Source: a virus (Duplodnaviria > Caudoviricetes). From it: a DNA stretch of 34,634 nt. The DNA is taken from the IMG/VR virus record IMGVR_UViG_3300033412_000197, positions 1 through 34,634 of that record; one strand, 5' to 3'. The notes beneath the pieces are model-generated. The model saw only the letters and a list, made by a program, of their open reading frames with translations, did no database searches and was not told the origin of the DNA. Positions 9,916-18,135 of the stretch are shown here, piece after piece (position 1 is the first letter of the stretch; each line of letters starts with the position of its first letter). The position numbers and the translations under genes were made by a program.

Positions 9916-11030
9916 AATTCAGGGTAGAAATACGGGACACATCTTTCACAACGCAATACATTTTAGACAATGAGTATTATGACCTTAGCTGGTCGTATTC
10001 GGCGAAGGGTGGGTGCGGAGAGTTTTCTTTTTATTTGCCAAGGAAGCTGTTTGAAGAAAGGGCAATAAGTGGAGAATATAATGTCAGGATTTATTTTCGT
10101 GACCCTTCTACTGATAGTTTTGTTCTTAGATACCAGGGGTTAATTGAGAACAAGCTACCATCTGTTCAGGGATTAACAGAAAAGATACAGATAACCGGGC
10201 ATGGGTATTACACCCAACTTGGTCGTGTTTATATAAATAATATAACTTATACATCTACGGAAATATCTGCAATAGTTACCAATATTTTGGATAATTATAT
10301 TGTTCCAAATACGAATATTTCCTATAGCGCTTCAAACATACAGAATACTGGAATAACGCTTTCATCAATTCAGTTTAACGAATATGCGGATACCGCGCTT
10401 CAAAAGTTGGCAGATATAGCAGGGAATGTAGAGTATGGCGTGGACATGAATAGAAATTTTTATTTTAAAACACAAAGCACATCGGTTGGGTTTAATTTTC
10501 CGGTCGGGTTCAAGATACAAAACTATGATGAGAACCAAGATTTTAAATCAATCATTAATAGAGTTTATGTTCAGGGTGCACAAGCTGGCGGAACGTATGC
10601 TTTTTTTGGGCCGTATGACCACGCAGGAAGCCAACTTAAATATAATTTAAGAGTTAAGGTTCAGCAGAACTCATCAATCAGCGATTCTACGGTAGCTTCT
10701 CAATATGCCACTTCGATATTAAATGAATTTTACGATGCTTCAATTCGTGCTGGATTTGACTTAATGAATTATTCAACCCAAATAGAAGCTACAACTCCAA
10801 TCCCCTTATTAAACATATTTATTAAACAAGATAAATATGCCGAAAAAAGATTCGGGGAAGGGCTTTATTCCGGTCTTGTAAATTTTGATATTAACAGAAT
10901 TAATTATAATTTATCTAACAATTCCGGACTAAAAACAAGTATTGACCTTGGCAAGCCCAGACCAAAGATAAGCGAAACATTTTCGGCGGTTCTTTACGAA
11001 CTCGACCAAGTTAGGAGCGCAACACTATGA
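9912..11030 (+). CDS. Baseplate hub / Tal-like tail protein
   Basis: After Dit; ALQKLAD...EYGVD..RNFYF and IINRVYVQG motifs. Confidence 0.65.
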   Translation: MKFRVEIRDTSFTTQYILDNEYYDLSWSYSAKGGCGEFSFYLPRKLFEERAISGEYNVRIYFRDPSTDSFVLRYQGLIENKLPSVQGLTEKIQITGHGYYTQLGRVYINNITYTSTEISAIVTNILDNYIVPNTNISYSASNIQNTGITLSSIQFNEYADTALQKLADIAGNVEYGVDMNRNFYFKTQSTSVGFNFPVGFKIQNYDENQDFKSIINRVYVQGAQAGGTYAFFGPYDHAGSQLKYNLRVKVQQNSSISDSTVASQYATSILNEFYDASIRAGFDLMNYSTQIEATTPIPLLNIFIKQDKYAEKRFGEGLYSGLVNFDINRINYNLSNNSGLKTSIDLGKPRPKISETFSAVLYELDQVRSATL

Positions 11031-11767
11031 CGAATACGCCATCATCGTACCCAACAACAACAGATTCGTTTACAGTTAAACAGAATCATATTGACGTTTA
11101 TCAAGACGACCATATTAACAAATTACAAAATAGTGTTGTTGCCCTACAGACTTATATAGGAACAAACCCGCATGGGAGCAAAACAAATTTAACCGAGAGG
11201 TTGGCTGTAAGCCTTGGCAGTAGCGGTTCTATTCGTTTAGGTTCAACCTTTCCAGCATCTCCAGTTGATGGACAGGCTTTTTGGAACTCAAGTGAGCCGG
11301 CTTTTTATGTTTATAGTACGCTAACAGGGACATGGGCTTCTTCTCAAAATTTAAGCAATGTGGTTTTTGAGTATACCGGTGTTGTTGATACTGGCGGTGG
11401 TGCGGAGGTAATAGCCACAACACAAAATGCCGGAGCAAGCCAATCAACTTGTTATAGATATCTATATAAAACTGGCGCAGGATTCGGCACTGTGTTTTAT
11501 TCTAAATTTAAAAAGGTTGCCGGCATGACAACAATTACCGTTTGGGCAAGGCTATGGAACCTCGGTGTCAATGGTTCAGTTTTTAGATGTACCATTGGAA
11601 CGGTAAACGGAACAATATTAACCGTTGTTGGTGCGCCGGCATGGGTTTCTGTCGGGATTGGTATTTCTGGTTTAACCAATGGAACAACTTATGATGTTGT
11701 TGGAGAGCTTAACGCATCGGCTTCTAATCCGGCATATTGTGGAAATATAATTGGAATAGTAAGTTAA
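11027..11767 (+). CDS. Tail fibre / receptor-binding protein
   Basis: HINKLQNSVVALQTYIG anchor, PASPVDGQAFWNS motif, beta-rich C-terminus. Confidence 0.65.
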   Translation: MTNTPSSYPTTTDSFTVKQNHIDVYQDDHINKLQNSVVALQTYIGTNPHGSKTNLTERLAVSLGSSGSIRLGSTFPASPVDGQAFWNSSEPAFYVYSTLTGTWASSQNLSNVVFEYTGVVDTGGGAEVIATTQNAGASQSTCYRYLYKTGAGFGTVFYSKFKKVAGMTTITVWARLWNLGVNGSVFRCTIGTVNGTILTVVGAPAWVSVGIGISGLTNGTTYDVVGELNASASNPAYCGNIIGIVS

Positions 11768-11779
11768 AAAGGAGATGAA

Positions 11780-12250
11780 ATGAAAAAATTATTATTAACC
11801 TTAGGAATTATTTTTTTAAGCATCACAGCCTTTGCGGATGATACAGCGCTTCCGATTGAGATAGGCAACACCCCGGCAACTGAACCGGTGGCAATTAAAA
11901 TAACGGATATAACCCCGCCTTCGATTATTGATAATTTGCCACCTCTTAAGAATATGGCTCTTTACTCTATTAATGATGGAGGGATTAAATACGGAGCCTT
12001 ATTAGACGTTCTCAAGTGGAAAGGGCTTGCCTTATCAGTTGGGTATGTTCCAAGCGATAGTATTATCGCGGGCGTTTCTTATGATTTATTTACGCTTTCT
12101 AAATTTGGCGTAGAAACACCAATAATTAAGAATGTCGGACTAGAGCCGTTTATTGGATACAGCCTTGGAAGGCTTAATTTAACAGACACATCTGACGCCA
12201 AAGAATCGGTTTTAGTTGGGATTAACGTGGTCAATATTCGTTTCTGGTAA
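11780..12250 (+). CDS. Exported protein with Sec signal peptide, possible small outer-membrane beta protein
   Basis: MKKLLLTLGIIFLSITAFA-DD signal; amphipathic strands; ends in RFW. Confidence 0.6.
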   Translation: MKKLLLTLGIIFLSITAFADDTALPIEIGNTPATEPVAIKITDITPPSIIDNLPPLKNMALYSINDGGIKYGALLDVLKWKGLALSVGYVPSDSIIAGVSYDLFTLSKFGVETPIIKNVGLEPFIGYSLGRLNLTDTSDAKESVLVGINVVNIRFW

Positions 12251-12259
12251 GGAGGGAAT

Positions 12260-12421
12260 ATGGATTGGATAATTAAAAACTGGGGGCAAGTAACTGTGGC
12301 GGTCTTGGCTTTTGATGCTCTTTTATTCGCCATCACAAAGTTAACGCCAACGGTTAAAGACGATAACATCTATGCGATTTTACATGGATGGATAACAAAG
12401 TTTTTTCAACCCAAACAGTAA
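12260..12421 (+). CDS. Small holin-like membrane protein (53 aa; not in ORF track)
   Basis: GGAGG SD; MDWIIKNWGQVTVAVLAFDALLFAITKLTPTVKDDNIY..., one TM plus TPTxKDD motif. Confidence 0.6.
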   Translation: MDWIIKNWGQVTVAVLAFDALLFAITKLTPTVKDDNIYAILHGWITKFFQPKQ

Positions 12422-12572
12422 GCGCCCGCCGTTACTGATAAGGGTGGCTATAAAGTTTTTAGAAACAGGCAGGCTTCCGTTTTGGCTTAGGATATTGCTT
12501 CATATCCGGTTTGGAAAATATCTTACGCCCAGCGGAATTGAGTATAAAGGTTTCAAGGTAGAGTTTAAATTT

Positions 12573-12606
12573 TAGGGCAAAGGCTAAAATCTTTGCCCTA
12601 TTTTTT
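12573..12606 (+). terminator. Rho-independent terminator ending the tail operon
   Basis: Perfect 10-bp stem TAGGGCAAAG/CTTTGCCCTA followed by T6. Confidence 0.9.
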
Positions 12607-12620
12607 GTAAATAAAAAGTG

Positions 12621-12648
12621 TTGACAAACTTTTACATTATGTTATACT
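12621..12648 (+). promoter_or_regulatory. Sigma70-type promoter
   Basis: TTGACA-16 nt-TATACT with extended -10 TG. Confidence 0.8.
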
Positions 12649-12670
12649 TTAGTCAATGAAAGGGAAGGCG

Positions 12671-12817
12671 ATGAAAAAGAAAAGTTACAAGATGATAAGA
12701 ATACCGACGGAGATACACCGGATTTTACAGATACAAAAACAACGAACCGGAATACCATTAACAAAAATAATTGAGTTCGCATTTACAAAAAAAAATTTAA
12801 ATGAAACCCGACCTTAG
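12671..12817 (+). CDS. Small ribbon-helix-helix-like DNA-binding protein (48 aa; not in track)
   Basis: MKKKSYKMIRIPTEIHRILQIQKQRTGIPLTKIIEFAF; first ORF after promoter; in-frame ATG also at 12656. Confidence 0.6.
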   Translation: MKKKSYKMIRIPTEIHRILQIQKQRTGIPLTKIIEFAFTKKNLNETRP

Positions 12818-13319
12818 CAATATAGACTTCTTAACTGAATATGAAAAAATAGAAAAAATGAAAGATTATCAAGAATATATTTTTTTAAGAAGCGCCAGGT
12901 TTGTTTTTTTAACAGTTGTTTTCTCTTTTGTTTTATTAACATGGACAGCTTATGGGTGTTCAAGGGATATTGATTTATTAACCGCTAGCATGAAGTCAAA
13001 GTTTTTATTGCTCGAAAAGGAGGCGGCGAAAAATGGAATATCTATTAAGCCTATCTGTACATATAGAAGTTCCGAAGAACAATTACAGCTATATTCTATT
13101 GGAAGAACAAAACCAGGCAATAAGGTTACTTGGGTCAAACATTCTAAACATTCTGACGGAACAGCGGTCGATATTGCAGTCTATCATGGAAAAAAAATTT
13201 CCTGGGAGCCGGGTGAGTATCGAACCGTTGGAAATCTTGCAAAAAATCTAAACTTAACCTGGGGCGGAAACTGGAAACAACAAGACCTTGGGCATTTTGA
13301 ATTAAAGGAGCCTAAATGA
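12801..13319 (+). CDS. M15 family Zn peptidase (L-Ala-D-Glu-type endolysin) with N-terminal TM anchor
   Basis: TYRS.EEQ..LY..GRT.PG..VT, SKH..G.AVD, WGGNW...D.GHFEL. Confidence 0.9.
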   Translation: MKPDLSNIDFLTEYEKIEKMKDYQEYIFLRSARFVFLTVVFSFVLLTWTAYGCSRDIDLLTASMKSKFLLLEKEAAKNGISIKPICTYRSSEEQLQLYSIGRTKPGNKVTWVKHSKHSDGTAVDIAVYHGKKISWEPGEYRTVGNLAKNLNLTWGGNWKQQDLGHFELKEPK

Positions 13320-13531
13320 ACAATGAAGAATATTTAATGGAAGTAGCTAGCGAGGCGTATGGTACCCTTGGAACTTTGCGGGCAATAGTTTTATATTATG
13401 AAAAGTTTGGGCTTAGCGACGCAGAAATTTGTATGTCCCAAATTATTAGATTAAAAAATGAACTTGAACAAAAGTTAATCAAACTCAAGGAGGAACGCTA
13501 TGGACTTTTACCAAAGACAGTCGTTAATTGA
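13316..13531 (+). CDS. Hypothetical protein
   Basis: AAGGAG SD, ATGA overlap. Confidence 0.6.
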   Translation: MNNEEYLMEVASEAYGTLGTLRAIVLYYEKFGLSDAEICMSQIIRLKNELEQKLIKLKEERYGLLPKTVVN

Positions 13532-13628
13532 TTCTATCGCCGAGGGTAATTCCCATAAGTGGGCGATGGATAAATTAAGAGAAAGATTGGAGGCTGAATA
13601 TGAGCCAGATGAAGAAGATGAAGGATAA
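13500..13628 (+). CDS. Small acidic-tailed protein (42 aa; not in track)
   Basis: AGGAGG SD; MDFYQRQSLIDSIAEG...EPDEEDEG. Confidence 0.55.
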   Translation: MDFYQRQSLIDSIAEGNSHKWAMDKLRERLEAEYEPDEEDEG

Positions 13629-13797
13629 CGAAGAAATGGTTGTGTGTTCTTATTGTGGAACCGAGGAATATGAATCAGAGTGCGTAATTACCGGGGATGG
13701 GGCATCAGGACTGAAGTTTTATGCCTGCCGAAAATGTATTGATGCCTGGGCAGAAGAATGTGAAAGGAAATACCATGAGCGTTACATTAGAGGGTAA
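13600..13797 (+). CDS. Small Zn-finger protein
   Basis: CSYC...CRKC. Confidence 0.55.
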   Translation: MSQMKKMKDNEEMVVCSYCGTEEYESECVITGDGASGLKFYACRKCIDAWAEECERKYHERYIRG

Positions 13798-14491
13798 GTC
13801 AATTAAGATGATGTTAGAACAAGCCTTAATAAATGAAAGGGCAGAACGTTCCAAAAGGGAACGAAGTGGTAAGTGGTCGCCGTCAAGCCTTGGTCAATGT
13901 ATGCGCCGACAATATTGGAATAGGCTTGGAGAGCCGGAAAGCAATCCTCCGGATTCGAGGGCGTTGTCAATATTTAAGGTCGGGAATTTATTTGAAGACT
14001 TTATATTTAGCATCCTTCCCAAAGAAATTGAAAGGCAAGTTAAAGTCCAAAGTGAATTTATTTTCGGATATGCCGACGGGGTTACAGAAGATGAAGTCAT
14101 TGAAATAAAAACCCAGCATAGCCGGAAGTTTTGGCACGTTAATAAAGAAAAGAAAACCAACGAAGAATGGACAATTGCGGAGCATAATCCGGAACATATT
14201 TTACAAGCCGGAACCTATGCTGTATTATTGGGGAAAAGTTATATTCGTATGATTTATGTTTCCAAAGACGATATGTGCATTGACGAGTATAGGGTAAAAG
14301 TTACACCAGAATTACGAGATAAGATTACAACCGAAGTTGCCAATCTTGAAACGTATTGGGTAAAGAAACAGCTTCCTCCGGCTGTCCCGCGACTTTATCC
14401 CGACAAGAAATATGGCGGATTTAAAGAGTGTACTTATTGTTCTTGGCATGATAAATGTTTCAAAATGGAAGGGAAAAGATATGACCGTTGA
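13775..14491 (+). CDS. Cas4-like PD-(D/E)XK exonuclease (stand-alone; 4Fe-4S type)
   Basis: PSSLGQCMRRQYW, GYADG...IEIKT, Q...YA, C-terminal CTYCSWHDKC; ATG 13775 preferred. Confidence 0.85.
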   Translation: MSVTLEGKSIKMMLEQALINERAERSKRERSGKWSPSSLGQCMRRQYWNRLGEPESNPPDSRALSIFKVGNLFEDFIFSILPKEIERQVKVQSEFIFGYADGVTEDEVIEIKTQHSRKFWHVNKEKKTNEEWTIAEHNPEHILQAGTYAVLLGKSYIRMIYVSKDDMCIDEYRVKVTPELRDKITTEVANLETYWVKKQLPPAVPRLYPDKKYGGFKECTYCSWHDKCFKMEGKRYDR

Positions 14492-14681
14492 AAGATTAAG
14501 AGAGTTAATTGACGAGCTAGACCAAAAGATTCAAGATTTAAGTTTGTCTTTAGATGAGCAGGACGCTGCCGAGAACGCGCTTAACGTGGCAAAGTCTAAA
14601 GTTAAAAAATTAACAATGTTGCGCGATGCAGTTAAAGAAAAAATAATGGCTGAAAAAATATTAATAAAGGAGATTAAATGA
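14481..14681 (+). CDS. Coiled-coil hypothetical protein
   Basis: Heptad pattern; ATG 14481 with SD-like GAAGGG. Confidence 0.55.
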   Translation: MTVERLRELIDELDQKIQDLSLSLDEQDAAENALNVAKSKVKKLTMLRDAVKEKIMAEKILIKEIK

Positions 14682-15004
14682 AAGTTCAGGTGGCTTTTAA
14701 AATAGGCGGCGTTGATTACCGTTTAGAGGTTGACGAAAAAGACGAAATGGATTCATTGCATAAAGGCATTGTTTTGGGAAATCCGCCGAGATATTGTCAG
14801 GAGTGTAAGCAGGGAGAGGAATTTAAGCTAGATACAAACAAAGACAAAGAAGGAAACACATATATTAATGTTGTTTGTTTAAGGTGCTTTGCCAAGTCTA
14901 AACTTGGTCAATATAAATCTGGTGGATATTTTTGGCATAAGTTTGCAAGGTACACTCCAAAGGTGGAAGAATTGGGGAATGTTCCAAAAAATTTTATGGC
15001 ATAA
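14678..15004 (+). CDS. Zn-ribbon hypothetical protein
   Basis: CQEC...CLRC; AAGGAG SD. Confidence 0.65.
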   Translation: MKVQVAFKIGGVDYRLEVDEKDEMDSLHKGIVLGNPPRYCQECKQGEEFKLDTNKDKEGNTYINVVCLRCFAKSKLGQYKSGGYFWHKFARYTPKVEELGNVPKNFMA

Positions 15005-15025
15005 ACACAACCAAAGGAGAAAAAG

Positions 15026-15226
15026 ATGGGAAGATTAAGCAAAAGAAGCGCAGCAATGAAAAAGTATTGGCGTGAAAAAAAGGAAAAGCGTAAGTATTGA
15101 CGAAAAGAATTTAAAGACAGATACCATTCAAAAAAGAATGGAAACCTTGTTACTCAAACAGAAATTGAACGTGTTTTTGATGATTACCTTAACTCAAAAA
15201 ATCAATTATTGGAGCTTATAAAATGA
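15026..15226 (+). pseudogene. Small basic ORF interrupted by in-frame TGA at 15098
   Basis: AAGGAG SD; 24 codons, TGA, then 41 more open codons ending in ATGA overlap with rfbB. Confidence 0.45.
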
Positions 15227-16137
15227 TTCTTGTAACCGGCGGTTGTGGATTTATAGGTTCCGAGTTTGTACGGCAAAGCTATAAAGACCTTATTGTGGTT
15301 GATAAATTGACCTATGCAGGCTCGGTTAATCGTCTAGGCAACCAAAAGGTTACTTTTTATAAATACGATATAGCTGACGATATTTTGATTTCTAGGCTAT
15401 TTGAGGCGTATCCGTTTGAGGCTATCGTTAATTTTGCCTCAGAAACGCACGTAGATAGGGCTATTTTAAACGATTACGCGTTTATACATACCAACGTACT
15501 AGGAACGCGCAATCTTGCAAAATTAGCCCTATTGTACCAAATACCCCTTATTCATATATCAACCGATGAGGTTTATGGAGCAAGTGAATCAGGATACTTT
15601 AAAGAAACCGACCCCATGCTTCCTAAAAACCCTTATTCTGCGACCAAGGCTGCAGCAGAACATATTATTAATTCATATATAAATACTTATGGATTAAAGG
15701 CAATAATTGTAAGGCCAACGAATAATTATGGTTATTGGCAATACGAAGAAAAGTTTATGCCGACAATCATTAAAAACGCCCTACAAAATAAGCCTATCCC
15801 GGTTTATGGGCAAGGTCAGCAGGTAAGGGAATGGCTTCATGTTTCAGATTGTGCTACAGCCATCCACATGATTTTAAATTCCGGGAGATATGGTGAGGTT
15901 TACAATGTCGGTAGCGGGTTTGAGTTAAAGAACATTGAAACCGTTAAAATGGTTTTGCACGCGATGGAAAAACCGGAAGTTTTAATTCGGTTTATCGAAG
16001 ACAGACCAGGGCACGATTTTAGGTATTCAATTGATTCAACTAAAATAAAGAATGAGTTGGGATGGATACCGATGGTAGATTTTAAAGAAGGAATTTTAGA
16101 TACTATAGAATTTTATAAAAATCATTTGACTTTATGA
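15223..16137 (+). CDS. rfbB: dTDP-glucose 4,6-dehydratase
   Basis: TGGCGFIGS, DKLTYAG, ETHVDR, STDEVYG, YSATK, DRPGHDFRY. Confidence 0.95.
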   Translation: MILVTGGCGFIGSEFVRQSYKDLIVVDKLTYAGSVNRLGNQKVTFYKYDIADDILISRLFEAYPFEAIVNFASETHVDRAILNDYAFIHTNVLGTRNLAKLALLYQIPLIHISTDEVYGASESGYFKETDPMLPKNPYSATKAAAEHIINSYINTYGLKAIIVRPTNNYGYWQYEEKFMPTIIKNALQNKPIPVYGQGQQVREWLHVSDCATAIHMILNSGRYGEVYNVGSGFELKNIETVKMVLHAMEKPEVLIRFIEDRPGHDFRYSIDSTKIKNELGWIPMVDFKEGILDTIEFYKNHLTL

Positions 16138-16153
16138 CAAATTCTGTAATAAT
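16126..16153 (+). promoter_or_regulatory. Possible sigma70 promoter
   Basis: TTGACT-16 nt-AATAAT with TG extension; same geometry as promoter at 12621. Confidence 0.45.
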
Positions 16154-16160
16154 AAAAACA

Positions 16161-16292
16161 ATGAAACCTGCTAGGTCGTTAATGGAGAATAAAAAAGAAA
16201 AACCAAAAAAGATTTGTTGCGCTATTTATCGCCTCCGTCGGCGCCCTAGCAGGAGCAGGTGTCTTAAAAACCCACCTAAAGACGGAGGCTAA
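16161..16292 (+). promoter_or_regulatory. Structured leader with 43-codon leader ORF upstream of HTH gene
   Basis: Two interleaved 9-bp perfect stems, one covering the GGAGG SD; leader TAA one base before ATG 16294. Confidence 0.55.
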
Positions 16293-16293
16293 T

Positions 16294-16503
16294 ATGAAAC
16301 AAACAGAACAAATCCTAACCTATCTTAAATCCGGCAAAGCTATCACCCCATTAGAAGCATTGACATTATGGGGGTGTTTTCGTTTAGGCGCGAGGATATG
16401 GGATTTAAAGCATCAAGGGTACGATATTCGAACTGAAATCATTGAAGATAATGGTAAGCATTACGCAAAGTATCAGATGGTTAATGAAAGTTATCCACAC
16501 TAA
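16294..16503 (+). CDS. Winged helix-turn-helix protein (HTH_39-like)
   Basis: Q...IL..L..G..ITPLEAL..WGCFRLGARIWDLK..GY.I. Confidence 0.85.
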   Translation: MKQTEQILTYLKSGKAITPLEALTLWGCFRLGARIWDLKHQGYDIRTEIIEDNGKHYAKYQMVNESYPH

Positions 16504-16640
16504 TTAACAGGATATCCACAAGTTATCCACAGTACGATATTGACATAAGCATTGATGTTACAAATGGTTATAGAGTTATCCACAGTATCAACAGGCACTA
16601 CTACTACTACTATTTGTTAATATCTAAAAGCTAAAAGCTT
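16491..16640 (+). promoter_or_regulatory. oriC-like replication origin: DnaA boxes, GC spacer, DnaA-trios, AT-rich tract
   Basis: TTATCCACA at 16491, 16523, 16576; ATATCCACA 16512; GTATCAACA 16585; GGC; (CTA)5 at 16598-16612; then AT-rich DNA. Confidence 0.85.
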
Positions 16641-16658
16641 AAAACCAAGTAATAAGAT

Positions 16659-16829
16659 ATGATAAATAATAAATACAGGAAATTAAGTAACCAAGAGTTA
16701 ATAATAAAACGGCGCGAATTAGAAAAAAAATATAAACTTAGTTTGTTTTGTAAAAAATCAATTCAAATCATAACCCAATCACAAATAGGTTTTATAGATG
16801 TCGAAATACAAAGAAGAAGTTTGCCATAA
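16659..16829 (+). CDS. Small basic hypothetical protein (56 aa; not in track)
   Basis: MINNKYRKLSNQELIIKRRELE...IDVEIQRRSLP fills the gap after the origin; no clear SD. Confidence 0.45.
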   Translation: MINNKYRKLSNQELIIKRRELEKKYKLSLFCKKSIQIITQSQIGFIDVEIQRRSLP

Positions 16830-17106
16830 AATAAAACAGGTATATACATTGGGATTAAATATTTATATGCTTTTAAACAAATTCAAAAAGGATAGCAGGC
16901 TCAATCCGGAAATACCGGAAGAAGTTATTGAAAAAGTATGCGACCGATATTTACAGACGCGTGGATACATTAGAAAAGATTATCCGTATTTCCTTAAGGT
17001 TTTATATATGGAATCTTCGGCATATTTTTCAAGGCAGAACGCAAAAAAAGCTGACCAATCCGTAAATACGCAGTTATTAAAAGATATATTTTCGTCAATT
17101 AAATGA
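16798..17106 (+). CDS. Hypothetical protein, possibly replication accessory
   Basis: Helical, EVIEKVCDRY...YPYFLKVL; adjacent to origin. Confidence 0.55.
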   Translation: MSKYKEEVCHKIKQVYTLGLNIYMLLNKFKKDSRLNPEIPEEVIEKVCDRYLQTRGYIRKDYPYFLKVLYMESSAYFSRQNAKKADQSVNTQLLKDIFSSIK

Positions 17107-17486
17107 AGAAGTCGGAAATCAACAAGCTGGATATATTATGGGCGGGCCGAATAAAAGAGGTTGGAAAATGCGAATCGTGTTTAGAAAGCGGATGGTTGAA
17201 TGCCTGTCATATTATAGGGCGAAGGCATAGGGCGACCCGTTGGGGAGCATGGATAGATGGTGAATATGACCTTTGTGGATGGTGCGGGTGTTTTGGGTGT
17301 CATAACGATTACGATGAGCATGGCCCGAAAGAAGATTTTATTCGTAGAATAGTAATAGGCGAAGAACGCTATCAGAAGATAAGGGAAATAGCGATGAATA
17401 AAATAACCAAGAATCAGGATTACGAAACCATCAAGGGATGGATTACAAACGCAAAGCCCTTAAATGAACATCGGCATCGTTGGTGA
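17103..17486 (+). CDS. NinG/Rap-like HNH-fold recombination nuclease
   Basis: LDILW, CESC, CHIIGR...ATRW, CFGCH. Confidence 0.75.
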   Translation: MKKSEINKLDILWAGRIKEVGKCESCLESGWLNACHIIGRRHRATRWGAWIDGEYDLCGWCGCFGCHNDYDEHGPKEDFIRRIVIGEERYQKIREIAMNKITKNQDYETIKGWITNAKPLNEHRHRW

Positions 17487-18135
17487 TACACATATTCCGT
17501 TTGAGAAAAAAGGGTATTTAGATTTTTGTTACGAAACTTTTATAAAATATAAAGTTGATACGGTTGTTCACATAGGAGATTTGGTGGATTTTCATTCAAT
17601 AAGTACACATTGGGACGCAGACCCGGATGGATTCAGCCCAAAAGAGGAGTTGGACAAATCAAGGAAAAGGCTTTTGTCATGGTATAAAGCGTTTCCCAAG
17701 GTTCAGGTTATGATAGGAAACCACGATGAAAGATTGATGAGGGCGGCAATAAAGCACGGATTATCAGCCCATTATTTTAGAGAGTTGCCTGAGCTATTTG
17801 GATTTCCAAAAGGATGGGATTATTCTTTTGATTGTTATAGGCATGGGGTTAGGTTTTTTCATGGTATGGGATTTGGCGGACAATACGCGCATATCCGGGC
17901 ATCGGTTGAACATGGTCAAAGTGTTGTGATGGGGCATATTCATTCAAATTTTGGAGTTGCGTATTCGGCTAGCGAAAAGAATTTGGTCTTTGGGTTAGCG
18001 GTTGGGTGCGGAATAGACCGGCACACTTATGCTTTTAAATATGGTCGGGATTTTAGAAGGAAGCCGATAATAGGATGCGGTGTTGTTGTTGAAAATGGTA
18101 AAGTCGCGCACGCGATTCCGATGGATTTGGAATAG
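17464..18135 (+). CDS. Calcineurin-like metallophosphoesterase
   Basis: GDTH, GDLVD, GNHD, FHG, GHIH. Confidence 0.9.
   Translation: MNIGIVGDTHIPFEKKGYLDFCYETFIKYKVDTVVHIGDLVDFHSISTHWDADPDGFSPKEELDKSRKRLLSWYKAFPKVQVMIGNHDERLMRAAIKHGLSAHYFRELPELFGFPKGWDYSFDCYRHGVRFFHGMGFGGQYAHIRASVEHGQSVVMGHIHSNFGVAYSASEKNLVFGLAVGCGIDRHTYAFKYGRDFRRKPIIGCGVVVENGKVAHAIPMDLE

Noticed and set aside
12444-12575. 43-codon GTG-start ORF before the terminator
   Set aside because: No properly spaced SD and no recognisable motif; unproven
13775-14491. CRISPR-Cas system
   Set aside because: Solo Cas4-like nuclease; no cas1/cas2 or array seen
15098-15100. Genome-wide TGA reassignment
   Set aside because: Many genes end at TGA in ATGA overlaps and long genes have no internal TGA
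16545-16570. IHF site between DnaA boxes
   Set aside because: Only partial match to WATCAANNNNTTR in AT-rich DNA
16491-16640. The genuine host chromosomal oriC
   Set aside because: Flanked on both sides by phage-type genes; no dnaA, dnaN, gidA or rpmH
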